Notes: generated by a model from the letters alone, not told the origin. Positions 9,662 to 23,550 are shown, numbered from the stretch's first letter. The stretch is DNA of 64,000 nt from Chlorokybus atmophyticus (GCA_009103225.1 RHPI01000810.1:682001-746000), one strand, 5' to 3'. Made by a program: numbers and translations.

Positions 9662-12600
9662 ATGGCCGCAGCTTGCGCCCCCACTGCCCATGTGGTGAGG
9701 GGGGCGGCGGCGGCGGGGCCGTCTGCTCAATTGCGCGATGCTTCGGAAGCGCAGGTTGCCCTTAACCATGGAGTTCTGCCTGGTTCACAGCGCTCCTCCG
9801 CCGCCCGCTTCGTCTCGTTCGTGGGCCTGCGGCCCGCCGCCGGCCGCGCGGCGGTTTCAGCACGCAAGGGACATGCGGGCGCAGCACGGCATGCGTCGCA
9901 TGCGGTCGCCTCCTCCTCCGCCTCCACTAGCACCCAGTCGCTGGTGCGTTGTCTGCTGCAACCGTCTTGGTAGAGATGACAGATCTCAGCTAGCTCACTG
10001 GCAACTAGCCTACCGTCTACGACACTCGCAAATATTACAACGTCGGCACCTTGCCCTTTTCTATGCATACATGGGAAGGTTAGCACACGGGGAGCTTGGT
10101 TTGCAGTTGCCGTGCCGCTGTGTTCTGTACAGGGTGCTCTGCGGCGAGCCTATTTGCTGCTCTTGCGATTTTGCATGTGAAGTGCAGCGAGCTTAGTTAT
10201 GGGTTCGCCATCCGCGCTAATCAAGCCATGAGTTGAACCGTGTTGTAGCACAGTATGCATCTTACATAAATGATTGATTGGCGCATTGCTTTCATCACAA
10301 ATGCGGTTTAGACATAGGGAAAGCTTGGCACACGCAGGAATCAGTTGTTTGGCAAGAACACTTGCTGACAATGTTAGGACAGACTGTAAACAGACATGCA
10401 GGTTGCATGGCTGAAACAGCTGGCAAGAATTTTATTGACATGTTTGCTGCCGCCTGGCAGGTTGAGGTGGCAGACCTCGAGCAGATCTTGAAGGAGCGAG
10501 ATGCCTGTGGTGTCGGCGTGCTAGCAAGACTAGACAATACACCCACGCACAGGGTTGTCAGCGAGGTGCGGGCATGTGTCCTACCTCAAGATGGATGCAA
10601 CTTGTAGGCTGCACTGTACCATGTTTGCTGTGTAATGCCTGGCAGCTCAAATCTCTTTTCCATTGCACAGGCTCTCATTGCCCTAGGGTGTATGGAGCAC
10701 CGAGGAGGTTGCAGCGCAGATGATGACTCCGGCGATGGAGCTGGTGTAATGACAGCCATTCCTTGGCAGCTCTTCCAGGAGTGGGCTGCGTCGCAGGGTC
10801 AGCCAGCGCTTGATGATAAGCATACAGGCGTTGCCATGGTGTTTCTACCGCGTGAAACTTCAGCCGCAGCTGAAGCTATAAAAAGTGAGTCACTTACACG
10901 CCAGTGAAATTGCATTGTGCTTTTTAAGAGGTAGAATTTCTAACAACAGTTTTTGGTGTCAGTCATGGAGCAGGTGCTTGAAAAGGAAGGGCTGGAGTTG
11001 CTAGGCTGGAGGGACGTGCCCTCAAATCCAGATGTCGTTGGGCCAGTGGCGCACGAGACTATCCCCCTCATCAAGCAGTGCTTCGTGAAGGGCACTGTTG
11101 AAGGCAAATCGTTGGAGCGTGAGCTGTTTGTCGCTCGTAAGCTTGTTGAGGCAGCGGTTGTTGAGCAGCCGTGGGCTGATGACATGTACATTTGCACATT
11201 TTCCAGCCGCGTTATTGTGTATAAGGGCATGCTGAGGTCGGTCGTTCTCGGAGAGTTTTACGATGACCTGAGAAATGAGAGTTACACCAGCGCATTCGCA
11301 ATATACCACAGGCGATTCAGCACAAACACCAACCCAAAATGGAAGCTTGCACAGCCCATGAGGTTCCTGGGCCACAATGGAGAGATCAACACCCTGCAGG
11401 GCAACCTGAACTGGATGCGCTCGCGTGAGGCGGATATGAGCAGCCCAATTTGGGAGGGCCGAGAGGCGGAGCTCAAGCCCATCACGAACCTCGCCGCATC
11501 GGACTCTGCAAACCTCGACATGGTTGCAGAATTGCTTGTCAAATCAGGACGCAGTGCAGAGGAGAGTCTTATGATTCTGGTACCGGAAGCGTACCGGAAG
11601 CACCCCACCCTCGACGTCAAGTTCCCTGAAGTTGTGGACTTCTACGATTTCTACGCTGGTCAGATGGAGGCGTGGGACGGACCAGCTCTGCTCGTGTTCT
11701 GTGATGGCGAAACACTAGGCGCTGCCCTTGATCGCAATGGCCTTCGCCCCGCTCGATACTGGCGTACATCAGACGGCATGTTCTATGTGGCGTCGGAAGT
11801 GGGTGTGGTGAACATGGACGAGTCGAAAGTGGAGTACAAGGGAAGGCTGGGGCCAGGAATGATGGTCTCCGTGCACATGCCTTCAGGTTGGTCTCTCTTG
11901 AGTTGTGTGTAACAGACTGTCGCAGTGAATGTGCAACTCGACACTCATGCTGTAGTTAGTCTTGCTCAGCCAAAGCAAATATGGCCGCTTGCTACAGGTG
12001 AGGTGCTTGAGAACACTGCCATCAAGAAGAGCGTGGCAGCCGGAGCTCCTTACAAGCAGTGGCTGCAAGACAATAGCCACATGCTTACAGCTGTGCCTTT
12101 CGCTGCTGAGCCGCGGATGGGTGCGGCGGACCTGCTGACAGTGCAGACGGCTTATGGCTACTCCATTGAAGACGTGCAACTCATAATTGAGAGCATGGCA
12201 GCTCAGGCCAAGGAGCCCACCTTCTGCATGGGTGACGATATCCCCCTTGCCGTGCTGTCCCAGAAGGCGCATCTCCTGTACGACTACTTCAAGCAGCGGT
12301 TTGCTCAAGTCACCAACCCTGCCATTGATCCTCTGCGTGAGGGCCTGGTCATGAGTCTGGAGATGACTCTCGGGCCAAAGGGCAATTTGCTGGATCTTTG
12401 TCCCGAGGATGCTAAGCAGTGGCGCATTCAGTCTCCGGTTCTGTCTGAAGGCGAGCTGGAGAGCATCTATGCGAACGACGCCCTCGCTGCCGTGTCCTTT
12501 GACTTGCACTATGATATTCAAGATGGTTCACTAGGCGCCCTCAAAGCTGCCGTGCAAGCGCTTTGCGAAAAAGTGGCGGCTGCTGTTAAAGTTGGAGCGC

Positions 12601-15600
12601 ATGTTCTTGTGCTCAGTGATCGCACTGAGAAAGAGGTACTCTCAAACTGTCATTGCTTGCAGTGTGGACTCTCTTGACTTCAGGTTCAGGACTGATGATT
12701 GGATTGACAGGACGAAAATGCTCCCGCTATTCCCGCGCTGCTTGCCACAGGTGCAGTGCATCACTTCCTCATTCAGCAAGGGTTGCGCACCAAAGCCTCC
12801 CTTGTTGTGGACACTGCGCAGTGCTTCAGCACTCACCACTTTGCCTGCCTTGTGGGGTATGGAGCTAGTGCAATCTGCCCTTATGGTGCGCTGGAAACAT
12901 GCAGGCAATGGGCAGCAAACCCAAAGACTCGGGTATGCTCCGCATGCAGACTGCGTTGGATGTTGTAACACTGCCTGTTTGTGCTGGCGTCATGTTATGG
13001 ATCAGTGTGAATGTGCATAATGTTGATGCCTGGCATCATTTGCAGGGCCTGATGGAGCGTGGCAAGCTGCCAGAAGTTACTGTCCAGCAGGCACAGAAGA
13101 ACTTCCAAAAGGCCATCAACTCTGGCCTGCTGAAGATTTTGTCCAAGATGGGCATCTCGCTGCTGAGCAGCTACCACGGTGCTCAAATTTTTGAGATCTA
13201 CGGGCTTGGTGCAGATGTGGTGGACACGGCTTTCAGGGGCAGTGTGTCACGCATCGGCGGCATGACGTTCCAAGACCTCGCCAGAGAGTCGTACACCTTC
13301 TGGCAGAGTGCTTTCCCAGGCGCCAAAAAGCTGGAGAACTTTGGGTTCATTACTGCCAGGCCTACTGGTAAGCTTCTGTAACGCTGAGGTTCAGTCTGCG
13401 TGTCTTCAGAGCTCTTGGGCTCATGTTGTTGCGCAGGTGAATACCATGGCAATAACCCTGACATGTCCAAGCTCCTGCACAAGGCTGTCCGCCAAGGTTC
13501 TACGGAAGCATACGAGGCATATCAGGCGCATGTGGCTGGCCGACCCGTCAATGTACGACATGACAATTGGTGTGATGCTGTGTTGCTTGTGCAACACTTT
13601 CTGTAGTCCATTCCTCACCCATTCTTATTCTTTGCACAGGTGCTTCGTGATTTGCTGGAGTTGACGAGTGACCGCTCCCCGATCTCTCTTGATGAAGTGG
13701 AGTCGGCCACCAGCATTGTAGAGCGTTTCTGCACGGGTGGCATGTCACTTGGAGCCATTTCCCGTGAGACTCATGAGGCCATCGCCATTGCAATGAACCG
13801 CATTGGTGGCAAGTCCAACTCAGGAGAAGGTGGCGAAGATCCCGTGCGCTGGAAGCACCTGGACGATGTGAGCGAAGACGGGCTGTCTCCCACGTTGCCG
13901 CACCTGAAAGGCCTCAAGCAGGGCGATACAGCCACCAGTGCTATTAAGCAAGTCGCCTCTGGCCGCTTTGGAGTCACTCCCACCTTCCTTGTTAATGCCT
14001 CTCAGATCGAGATTAAGATTGCTCAGGGCGCAAAGCCCGGTGAGGGTGGGCAACTGCCTGGCAAGAAGGTATGATAGCACTGTCTTTGCGCGAGTGAATG
14101 GGCTTTTGCTATATCCGGGTTTTTATTTTGTACCCCATGTATGCCTGTGGTAATGACTCTGAACTGGAGACCTGCCTTTGCAGGTGAGCCCTTACATTGC
14201 CATGCTGAGGCGCTCCAAGGCAGGCGTCCCTCTAATCTCTCCTCCTCCTCACCACGACATCTACTCCATTGAGGATCTGGCCCAGCTGATCTACGACCTA
14301 CACCAAGTCAACCCTGCTGCAAAGGTCTCCGTGAAGCTGGTTGCTGAAGCGGGTATTGGCACGGTAGCTAGTGGTGTGGCCAAGGCCAATGCAGACGTCA
14401 TCCAGATCTCCGGCCACGATGGAGGCACGGGTGCCAGCCCCATCAGTTCCATCAAGCATGCTGGTGGCCCATGGGAGATGGGTCTTGTGGAGACACACCT
14501 GGTGAGTCCCTGCTGTCAATCAACTTGCGCATGTGGTGTGCTTGTGCAAATTGGAGAGACTGTCAAGGTTTCCTTAGTATGCTACATGCATCAATCTTGG
14601 GATAGCCGTCGTGCACCAATACGTACATGCGCAGGCATTTGAGTATAGCTTGATAGCATGACAACCATGTGGACATTGATTTGGCAACTCATTAGCAGTG
14701 CATGTTCATTGTTGTTGAGGTCCAGTACGACATTGAAATTGTGGCTAATGCTCCAAGGCAATCATTGACCTGTAGCTTTGTGTCTTTCAGTCTTTGCTTC
14801 AAAATGGTCTTCGCGATCGTGTCGTGCTGCGAGTGGACGGAGGTTTCAAGAGCGGCTTTGACGTTATGCTGGCGGCAGCAATGGGTGCAGACGAGTTTGG
14901 TTTTGGCTCCGTCGCAATGATTGCTACCGGCTGCATCATGGCTCGCATCTGCCATACCAACAACTGCCCTGTGGGAGTTGCCAGCCAGGTAAGCATAGCG
15001 TGCCATGTGTCAATGTGTTCACAATGCATGCTCCCAGTTCTTGTGCTAACATGCTTGCGTTATGTACAGCGTGAGGAGCTGCGTGCTCGCTTCCCTGGTG
15101 TTCCCGGTGACTTGGTGAACTACTTCTTGTTTGTCGCTGAGGAAGTGCGCGCATCTCTGGCTGAGCTTGGCTACAAGAGGCTAGATGACATCATCGGGCG
15201 ATCAGACTTGCTGAAGTCTCGTGGAGTTGAGCTAGCCAAGACTTCCGCCATTGACCTGAGCTTCCTGCTATCGCAAACTCCCGTGGAATGTGGGACGAGC
15301 TCTGAGCGCCGCGCTCAGCCCGTTCACTCAAACGGACCCGTGTTGGACGAGGAGCTCCTCGACGATCCGGAGGTGAAGCTGGCCATTGAGGAGGAGCGCC
15401 ACGTGACCAAGAGCGTGGAGATCACCAATGTGGACCGGTGCGTTGGGGCGCGCATCGCCGGTGTCATCGCAAAGAAGTACGGTGACACCGGCTTCGCAGG
15501 GCAACTCGACATCACATTCACCGGTAGTGCCGGCCAGTCTTTCGGTGCTTTCATCACTCCTGGCATGAGCCTCAAGCTGGTGGGCGAAAGCAACGACTAC

Positions 15601-16252
15601 GTTGGCAAGGGTGAGTTGTGTTACATGCCAGCAGGTGTTTTCATTGTATATGCTCTGTGGTAAAGGTTGCTAAGTGCAGTGGTGTTGTGCAGGTATGGCT
15701 GGTGGTGAGATCATCATCGTTCCCAAGCCAGAGGCAACATTTGAACCCTCCAAGTCAGTCATATTAGGTAACACGTGCATGTATGGTGCTACTGGTGGAG
15801 TGCTGCTGGCAGCTGGCTGCGCCGGAGAGAGGTTTGCGGTTCGCAACTCCCTCGGCGAGGCTGTTGTGGAAGGTACCGGCGACCACTGCTGCGAGTACAT
15901 GACGGGCGGGTGCGTGGTGGTGTTGGGCAAGGTCGGCCGCAACGTTGCTGCGGGCATGACCGGCGGCCTGGGGTACTTTCTGGACGAGGACAGCACGTTT
16001 GAGGCAAAGGTCAACAAGGAGATTGTGACAATGCAGAGGGTGAAGACGGCCGCGGGTGAGACGCAGCTCCAGCGGCTCATCCAGGCGCACGTGGACAAGA
16101 CTGGCAGCGCCAAGGGCCAGGCCATCCTAGCGGACTGGGCCAACTACCTACCCAAGTTCTGGCAGCTGGTGCCGCCAAGCGAGGCACACACGCCCGAAGC
16201 CTCGTCCGAGCTTGGAAGCCTCCCCGCAGAAGCACAGCCCGCTGCTGCTTAG
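9662..16252 (+). CDS. GLU1: Ferredoxin-dependent glutamate synthase (Fd-GOGAT), plastid-targeted, about 15 exons
   Basis: Transit peptide, then ERDACGVG (N-terminal nucleophile Cys), [96 protein letters not shown] (3Fe-4S) and [10 protein letters not shown]. Stop at 16252 with no fused NAD(P)H beta subunit. Confidence 0.98.
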
Positions 16253-17790
16253 ATTGAAGTTATTTACCCTTGCCTCGTCCTCGCAGCCGACCTCCTGACC
16301 ACAGGGGCTCATAGGCAATACATGTACAAAAGAACCCTAGGCTCTCCTGCAGTACTCAAACGATAATGTTGTAAAAGGGTACACGACTGTGTGCCCGGAC
16401 GCGCTGCTATCCTTGTTCCCTCAAGCTATGCCGCTTCTCGTGTTGGATCCTTTCTGGCTTTGGCAACAGCAGCCAACCCGTGTTATATCCTTTTAGGCTA
16501 TGGGTAGGTGTTCAAGCTTGGCTAAGGTCCCCTTACCACCTTCCCCCAATGCCCGTATCTGTAGGTCTAATTATAATGAAGATGGTGTTGATGGGGCTGG
16601 CCGTGGGTGCGCGATTGTAGCAGAGACTGATAGTAATAAGCCTTGTAGAGAAGACTGTTGGGCAAATTGGTTGTCGTGAAAAGCCAAAGTGTGTATGATA
16701 CTGGACTGTCTGCTCTTGCGCGCTGGTGAGAAGCTGGTAGTGCTGTGAAGTTCTTACACTGATATATATGACCAGTAAAGAGCAGTATGACAACAACACT
16801 GGCATAATGCGGGTAGGTTGCGCTGTAGTCTCAGTGGTCGAGCCCTCTTGTTTGTCTGTGGTTGTTTCAGCAGTAGCTTTTGCGTATGCATATTGGTTCG
16901 ACATCCCTGCAACGGTTTGCTTCTGCATCTGCCGCGCACTCCATGAACCAAGTTTCATCATGACAAGAGAGGCTTAATGCCTCGCCGCACTCATCAGTGA
17001 AACAAACCGCAACGCAGCGCAGGAGCGGTGAGGGCAGCTCCCTCTCGCACTGCCAGGCCAACTCTTGACACTGCATTGGGATGGATGCGATGTCGCCGGC
17101 TCGACTTGCTCTGAAATGGTGCAGCTGTTGGTGGTGGTGCAAGGAATCAGTCCGGTTGCCGTCCCTTGAACTCATGCTGTGCCCTTGTAATGCATCACTC
17201 TTGCAAGCACAGTTTTTATAGCTATGTGTATAGGCTACGCAGTGTACGACGCGAAGCTTTCAGGCCTTTTGGCTGCTTCAGCCAAGGGGCCATTACAAAA
17301 CAGCTTAAGCATACTTTGGGTAGTAAGAATAGTTGATGCGTGCGTAAGCGTTGACATCATCGTCGATATGTGCTAGTAAGCGAGTTGGCGGATTGAGTAA
17401 GCTGTACCAAATTCCACTCCGGTAAAGGTACAGCAGGCAGGTGTTTCGCCGTCGGCGGCGGCGGCGGCGGGCGGCGGTGAGAAGAGTGCTGAGCCCTTGG
17501 TCGCAGCGTAGCTTGCTAACCTATTTACGGTGGCAGCCGTTTGCCCTCGGCGCCTCTGTCACTGTTGCCCCCCCCCAAAATAAGTCTATGAGGTAACAGC
17601 AGAGTCGATGACAAGTGTTGCACAGCAGCAGAAGAGTGGAACAGTAGCATAGAGTAGCGCATGGTAGTGGAGTAGAGCGCATAGTAGAGCAGTGCACATG
17701 TCGGATCAGTAGAGTGCAGAAAAATACAGTGCAGTAGACTGTGTCGAGCATAGTTTAGTACTACTGTGGGTGTAGTCTCCTCCCAAAGCT

Positions 17791-19774
17791 ATGGCCCAGC
17801 TGGGCGGGCTGACGGCTGCTGCGGCGGCGGCTGCTGCTGCGGCGGGCGGCCCTCCCGTGCGCGAGGTGGCAGAGTCATGCCTTGAGCTCCTATGCATGCA
17901 GGTACGTGAAGTGTGGCCTTTGGGATTTTTCACAAGCACACAGACACACAACATAGGCTGCTTGTGGCTAGAATCACACTCTCTCAGAGTACATGGGCAA
18001 ATAGGACGTCTGGTGAAGTAGAAAAGCACGTAAAATATGGAGTCACTTCGCTCCTTGCCGCCATGCATATGCCGGATGCTTAGCACAATGCGCAACCTTC
18101 CTAGATTTTCTCAACCTCACACACTTTCTCAATCCCACATGTGCCTTTGCATCGCCAGCCGGTCCTTCATTGCATCCCACCACTGCCGTTGTTATTGTGA
18201 TTCAACATTGTGCAAAGATGATGACCTTGCTGCTGCTGTTGATGATGTGTTGGCAATCACATTAACGACACGCCGCAGAGATTTGCAGCAATCCCAGCTT
18301 CCACACCGCATTGTCATGCGTTGATTATGTTGTAACCAATGCGTCCATGTGTGCCAGCTGGCGGTTGGGTGGAAAGTTGGGGGACCAGACTTGGCTGCAA
18401 GGAGAGCGGAGGCAATAGGCTTCCAAGTCGGCTCGCAGCTGGCAGAAAGGTAAACACAAACCTGAAAATGCTGCATTCATTTCACTATGAACGGTTTGAC
18501 AGTCGCATACAAGTGTGTGCACACGTGAACTTGTGTGTAGGTATACGAAGGACAGGCTGCGGTTTGTGGATCATTTGGAGGTCATCAAGTTTTTGTGCAA
18601 AGAGTTCTGGGCGGAGGTGTTCAAGAAGCAGATAGACAACCTCAAAACCAACCACAGAGTGAGAGTAAAAGCAAACCCGCAACGACAGACATTGGTCTTA
18701 ATTCACACGCTGTGATGTACACATTGGTCATTCACGAATGTGCGCAATTCGCTGCACATTACCACATAAAGACCAACAAATTTCAAGTTGTTGGCTCTTC
18801 ATTCTGAAAGTTGGTTTAACCACCAACACACACGACAGCTGTATTGCACCACACGCAACATTGTGCTACCCCTCTGCAGGGCGTGTTTGTCCTTCACGAC
18901 AACCGTTTTCGCTGGTTGTCTCACCTCTCCGTGAACCCCCCTCCTCCTCCCCCTCCTCTCCCCGCTCCGCCCCCCTCCGCATCGTCCCTGCCCCCGCCCG
19001 TGCCGTCGACGACGACAGCGGCAGCGGCGGCGGCGGTGGCGACACTTGCGGCGACGGCGGCGGCGGGCAAACCGCTGCCGGGCGCGCCGCAGACGGCCCT
19101 CGCAGCAGCACAAGTGCGTGGGTGTTTGTTGGTTGTATGGTCATGCGCACACACATGCACACACAAGTACACTTACACACACTCGATGTGCGTGTGCACA
19201 TGACTGAGAACTCATGCAGACGGTTGCATGCACGCGTGCGCATACACGCACATTGTAGGCACACCCGCACAGTTCAGTACCACCATGTACCACACTTATC
19301 ACCACTTGCGCGCGCGCGTGCATGCATGTGCAACTCTACGTACACGCACATTCGCATGCGCATGCGCGCCGATGTGCACTTGTTGCAACTGCGCCCACAC
19401 TTGCGCACACGCGCGCACGAGCACGCACACGCAACTCGGCGGACATGCACGCACTCAAGCAGCCCAATGCCTCATGAGATGTTCTTGATGCTGAATACTT
19501 CCAACCCCTACAGCAGGCAGCATCTGCTGCTGCGGCGGCGGCCGCGGCGGCCCCGTTGTTGTTCTTCCCGTGCGGGATCGTGCGCGGGGCGCTGACAGCG
19601 TTGGGCGTCCCCTGCACCGTCTCAGCCCAGGTCTCCCAGCTTCCCGCGTGTAAGTGTGCGCGTGCGCGCGAGCGCGTGTGTGCAGCTCTGGGTCTGCGCT
19701 TCCTCAATGACTGACCCGGCATGTAAAATGTGCACATGTTTGCAGGTGAGTTCACAGTCAAATTGAAAGCCTGA
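17791..19774 (+). CDS. TRAPPC6: Trafficking protein particle complex subunit 6 (Trs33), 6 coding exons
   Basis: REVAESCLELL, AEAIGFQVGSQLAER|YTKDRLRFVDHLEVIKFLCKEFWAEVFKKQIDNLKTNHR|GVFVLHDNRFRWL and FPCGIVRGALTALGVPCTVSA..|CEFTVKLKA* match the Trs33/TRAPPC6 family. Confidence 0.95.
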
Positions 19775-20875
19775 TGGCGAGAGTAGCCAGTGTAGCACTA
19801 TGCGTATACTGAGGTACTGCAATATCAAGCACAGCACAACACCGTTGCCGTGTTACGTAGACTGCTCTACACAACGCATGAAGTGGGCCATACATTGGGA
19901 CTGTGCGGTGTGAAGAGAGGAAGATGTGCTACCACGGGCACAAAAGTTACGACCACATCATCACGCGCGTACGCACACATGCACGCCACACAGTCACAAA
20001 GCAGAGCGCTGAAGGCAAGGGAGGCCACATCCTCAAGGCAGGTTATTGCAGCCGCAACAAATGAACTGGTGTAGTGCATGCTGCCCGCCGCCTGTGTCAC
20101 GGCGTAAAGAGAATACATACGGTATAAGGCGGTGTTTGCTTGAATGCAGATTCCAATCTTCGATCAGCCACGTTTGCCTTGGCCAGGTGTATACCTTGAG
20201 CATGTACACCTCATCTCTCTATGCAGGCCTGCTTAAACCGCAACCGAGGGGTTTTTGGGTGCTCGAGTGATATGGTATGGGCCGGCTGCTGCACAAGATG
20301 CATATGCTTCGCACTCTGTTTCTTGTGCACGCATGCTGCAAAGCAACAGCAGCGAAAGCAGTCACTGCTTTCTTGATGCCATAGTGATGCAAGCCCCTCT
20401 CTCCATTGTGAGTGCCAATACTGCCTTGGCTGTTGCTCTTTTGCAGCATGTGTTATACGCAGCTGCAGGGCCCACACTGCTGGTGCCATGGTAGTAGTAG
20501 GTGCATGGTGATTTGTAATATTTCATGGTATGTCTAGCAATAACACGCACGACAACAGGATGAAGGCACAGTGGTAATACAGCCTCTGGTTTGAGCACAT
20601 GACCCAGCAGGCATACTGCAGCTGCAAAGGCTACAAACCACCTTTTCCATGTGTGCTTTTGACATACATGCGCCACAACACAAGTGGTGATGCCGATATC
20701 ATAACCGTCTGCCTCCTAGCCGCAACGTACACCACAACACGAATGCCGCCACAAAACAAGCTCCCGGCACCAATTTCGCACTTGGCTGATCTTTCTGCAG
20801 TACACGCATTGCGTAAATCACACTGCAACACACATGCCCCTCGCCGTAAACCACAACGGCGTGCTTCTCCAGCTG

Positions 20876-23550
20876 CTACACAGCTATACTCTGGGTTTCA
20901 GCACACAAGACCAAAACAAATATGCGACTGACCCCTTGCACTTGAGCTGCTTCCGCTATCTCTCGGTTGACTTCTTCTATAGCAGACGCCTCCATTCCAA
21001 ATCGTGCTTCTCCCCGTAATCTGGCTTCCCTGCGGCGCCGATACCGCTGCTCCTTGCGCGCTCGTCTACACATGACGACAATGGCATCCACTCAATGCAA
21101 CCACACCATACTACGCACGAGATGCAAGTTGTGGTGCGTGTGGCAAAATTGGCTTTCCTGATCCTGTTTCCATGCAACAGCGGATTGCACATTCGTACCT
21201 CATCTCCCTATTCTCGGCTTCTTCCTCCAAGCGTTGCGCCTTCGACAGCAGTGGCTTTGGTTCCAATAAGTCACTGCCTGCAGCCTTGTCTGCTCGAACA
21301 GAGAACAAGCGTCACACAATGGCCAGCACAACATGGCATACGCGCACCCATACATGTGCACACGGACGCATACAAACCTTCTTCTCCTCTTGCAGCCTTT
21401 ACGTGCTCGTCTTGCCCACTGATGCTCGCTTCACTCTTATCAGCTAGACTGTCCTGGCCATCCTCGTCTGTTACGCGCTCGATGAACGACAGGCGCTTCC
21501 ACACCCTCTTCGCTTCACTGTCCAAAATGCAATGCGTCTCATCATACTCACTCACAACATACCCACGTGCAAACCCAGTCTGACAACTAGCGTGCTTACT
21601 CGAACGTGGGCTTTCTAGTTGTGAACGGCACTCTCCTGACTCTGGCATCTTTCCTGTCAATGGAAGAATCCTTGTTGCTTTTGTGCTTTCCAAATATGGT
21701 CTCGGTATCCGCATGCCCCACGGCAACATAGATCGCCGCCGCCATCTGAATGTATTCAGACCACAAGGCGAGCACCGCACGGATGTCGGCTGCCAGACGC
21801 GCCTCGTTGTGGCGTCTCAAAGAGGCTCCCGCAGATTTCTTCAAGTGTTAAAATGTTTCGTTAGAATAGTCAACATTGACCAGGTTTTGCTGTAAGCCAC
21901 ACAGCTATTGTCCCCGTGTAAGACAGCCTGACTAAGGCTGATAGGCTAGTGTTATAGTAAATCAGTGGACTCCCGTCCAGAGCTAATACAGAGAAGTGAA
22001 TGAGTGAATGAGTATAACAGTGTGCTATATGCGAGGTGTACTGCACTCGGAAGAACTGCACGAGATATCAAACATGGTCCCAAACAGTTACCTTGCATGA
22101 ACACAATTGCTGCCAAATACGTACCGGCTCGTGTCCTGCGCTGCGTCGGTCTTTTGCGCTCTGTCGTCCGCCCTGCTTCGCGCGAACGACATAGCGTCTG
22201 AGCGCCTTGTGCGCGATCACGTGATCGCCATCATCCTCACCGTGTTTGACGCCTCCCGTCTTCTGCCTCATACTGAAGACCGCGCCGGCAAAGCGGCCGC
22301 CACCACAAAGGAGAACCACCCACAGAAGTGGAGTAGATCGCGCAGTTGTGTTGGCGGTGGTGATGTTGTTGGTGGTGTTGGCCTGAGTTGTGGCAAAGGA
22401 GCTGAGGCGGGACAGGAGCAGAGTTGACCACGCAGAAGCTCCCTGCATTGAGTCATTGGCTACTGAGACTCAAGCACTCACCTGTTGTTCAGTTATTTGC
22501 TTCATCGTCAACGAGTTCAGACATTGTTGCGTCGTCCCAGTTGTGACAAAGCATACTCACACCTCTGTGTCGCGGGCTTCCTGATCGCCAACAAGTGCGC
22601 AGCGCCACATGCGGAAGCGCTCAGCACCTCGTGCAAACATAAGTGTAGGTTGATGAGAGTGTTGATGCCGGCCGCTGACTGAAGCTTCAGGTTCATCAAT
22701 ATTGTTGTCGTAGTCGCGCTCGTAGTCAAAGTTATAGTTGTAGTCGGCATCGACATCCTCGGTATCACCCTCATCTTCATCATCGTCATCAGTCTCCTCA
22801 TCCTCCTTGTCCCGCGCAAACATGCCATCAAACTCCTCCCTTGCAAGCGGCGGCTTCCCCAGAGTTTTGCGTCTGAGCTGACCAAACCAGGCACAACAAC
22901 CAACTGAGACCCATGCCAAACCTGAACTAATCACAGCATGACATTGCATAGCGCGTACAGCATAACACAGCATAGCGAGTTTAGCGAAGCAATGCTTACC
23001 ATTGCATAGCAGAGTAGAATACGCCATAGCATAGAGTAGCCCATAGCAATGCATGGCATGGCTCAGCAAAACACACGCACAAGAACAAGCATGATGTACG
23101 TTTGCAACGTGCCAGTCGGATTTGTAGTGTGCACGCACAGCCGCAGCGCCGTCGTCGTCAAGGCCGTCAATGACGAACGGTCCGCATGCGCTGCAGGGGG
23201 AGCGCTTGATGCTCTCTGGCTGTGACGACGGTGGTGTCATGGTTGGTGTGGTTGGAGGCGCTGAGGGTGAAGCTGTTGCAGCAAAACAATTGCATGAGAG
23301 GCTGACTTGGCATGCATCGCTTGTCTAACGACTGGTAGGATGAATGTGTGTTGGGAACAAACGAGCACAGAAAACGGTTAGATAAACACTGAAACAAACA
23401 TCCGACAACCGTTGGCCTTGCAGATCACGAGCCATAAGCACTCTCCTCACCTTCCTCGCCTCGTCCACCTCCGCCGGCATCCACCACGTGCCATCCATCA
23501 AAACAACCCGGTACAGCTTGATACAGGAACTTGGGGACTACCGCCGCCAT
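20876..23550 (-). CDS. ANKZF1: ANKZF1/Vms1-like ribosome-quality-control tRNA endonuclease / peptidyl-tRNA release factor; C-terminus uncertain
   Basis: C2H2-like CSAC...RAHYKSDWHVANV|RRKTLGKPPL, VVLLCGGGRFAGAVF, HKALRRYVVRAKQGGRQSAKD, KSAGASLRRHNE and RVRRVPFTTRKPTFDEAKRV (VLRF1 domain). Exon 1 starts MAAVVPKFLY at 23550 (upstream in-frame ATGs exist) with a GTGAG donor. The 3' end at 20876 is a guess. Confidence 0.85.

Noticed and set aside
9662-16252. NADH-dependent GOGAT
   Set aside because: The ORF stops at 16252 after the alpha-subunit C-terminal domain, with no downstream beta-subunit motifs.
16533-17175. Minus-strand ORFs of 142 and 102 aa downstream of GOGAT
   Set aside because: No recognisable motif, no coding-like codon bias and no supporting splice structure.
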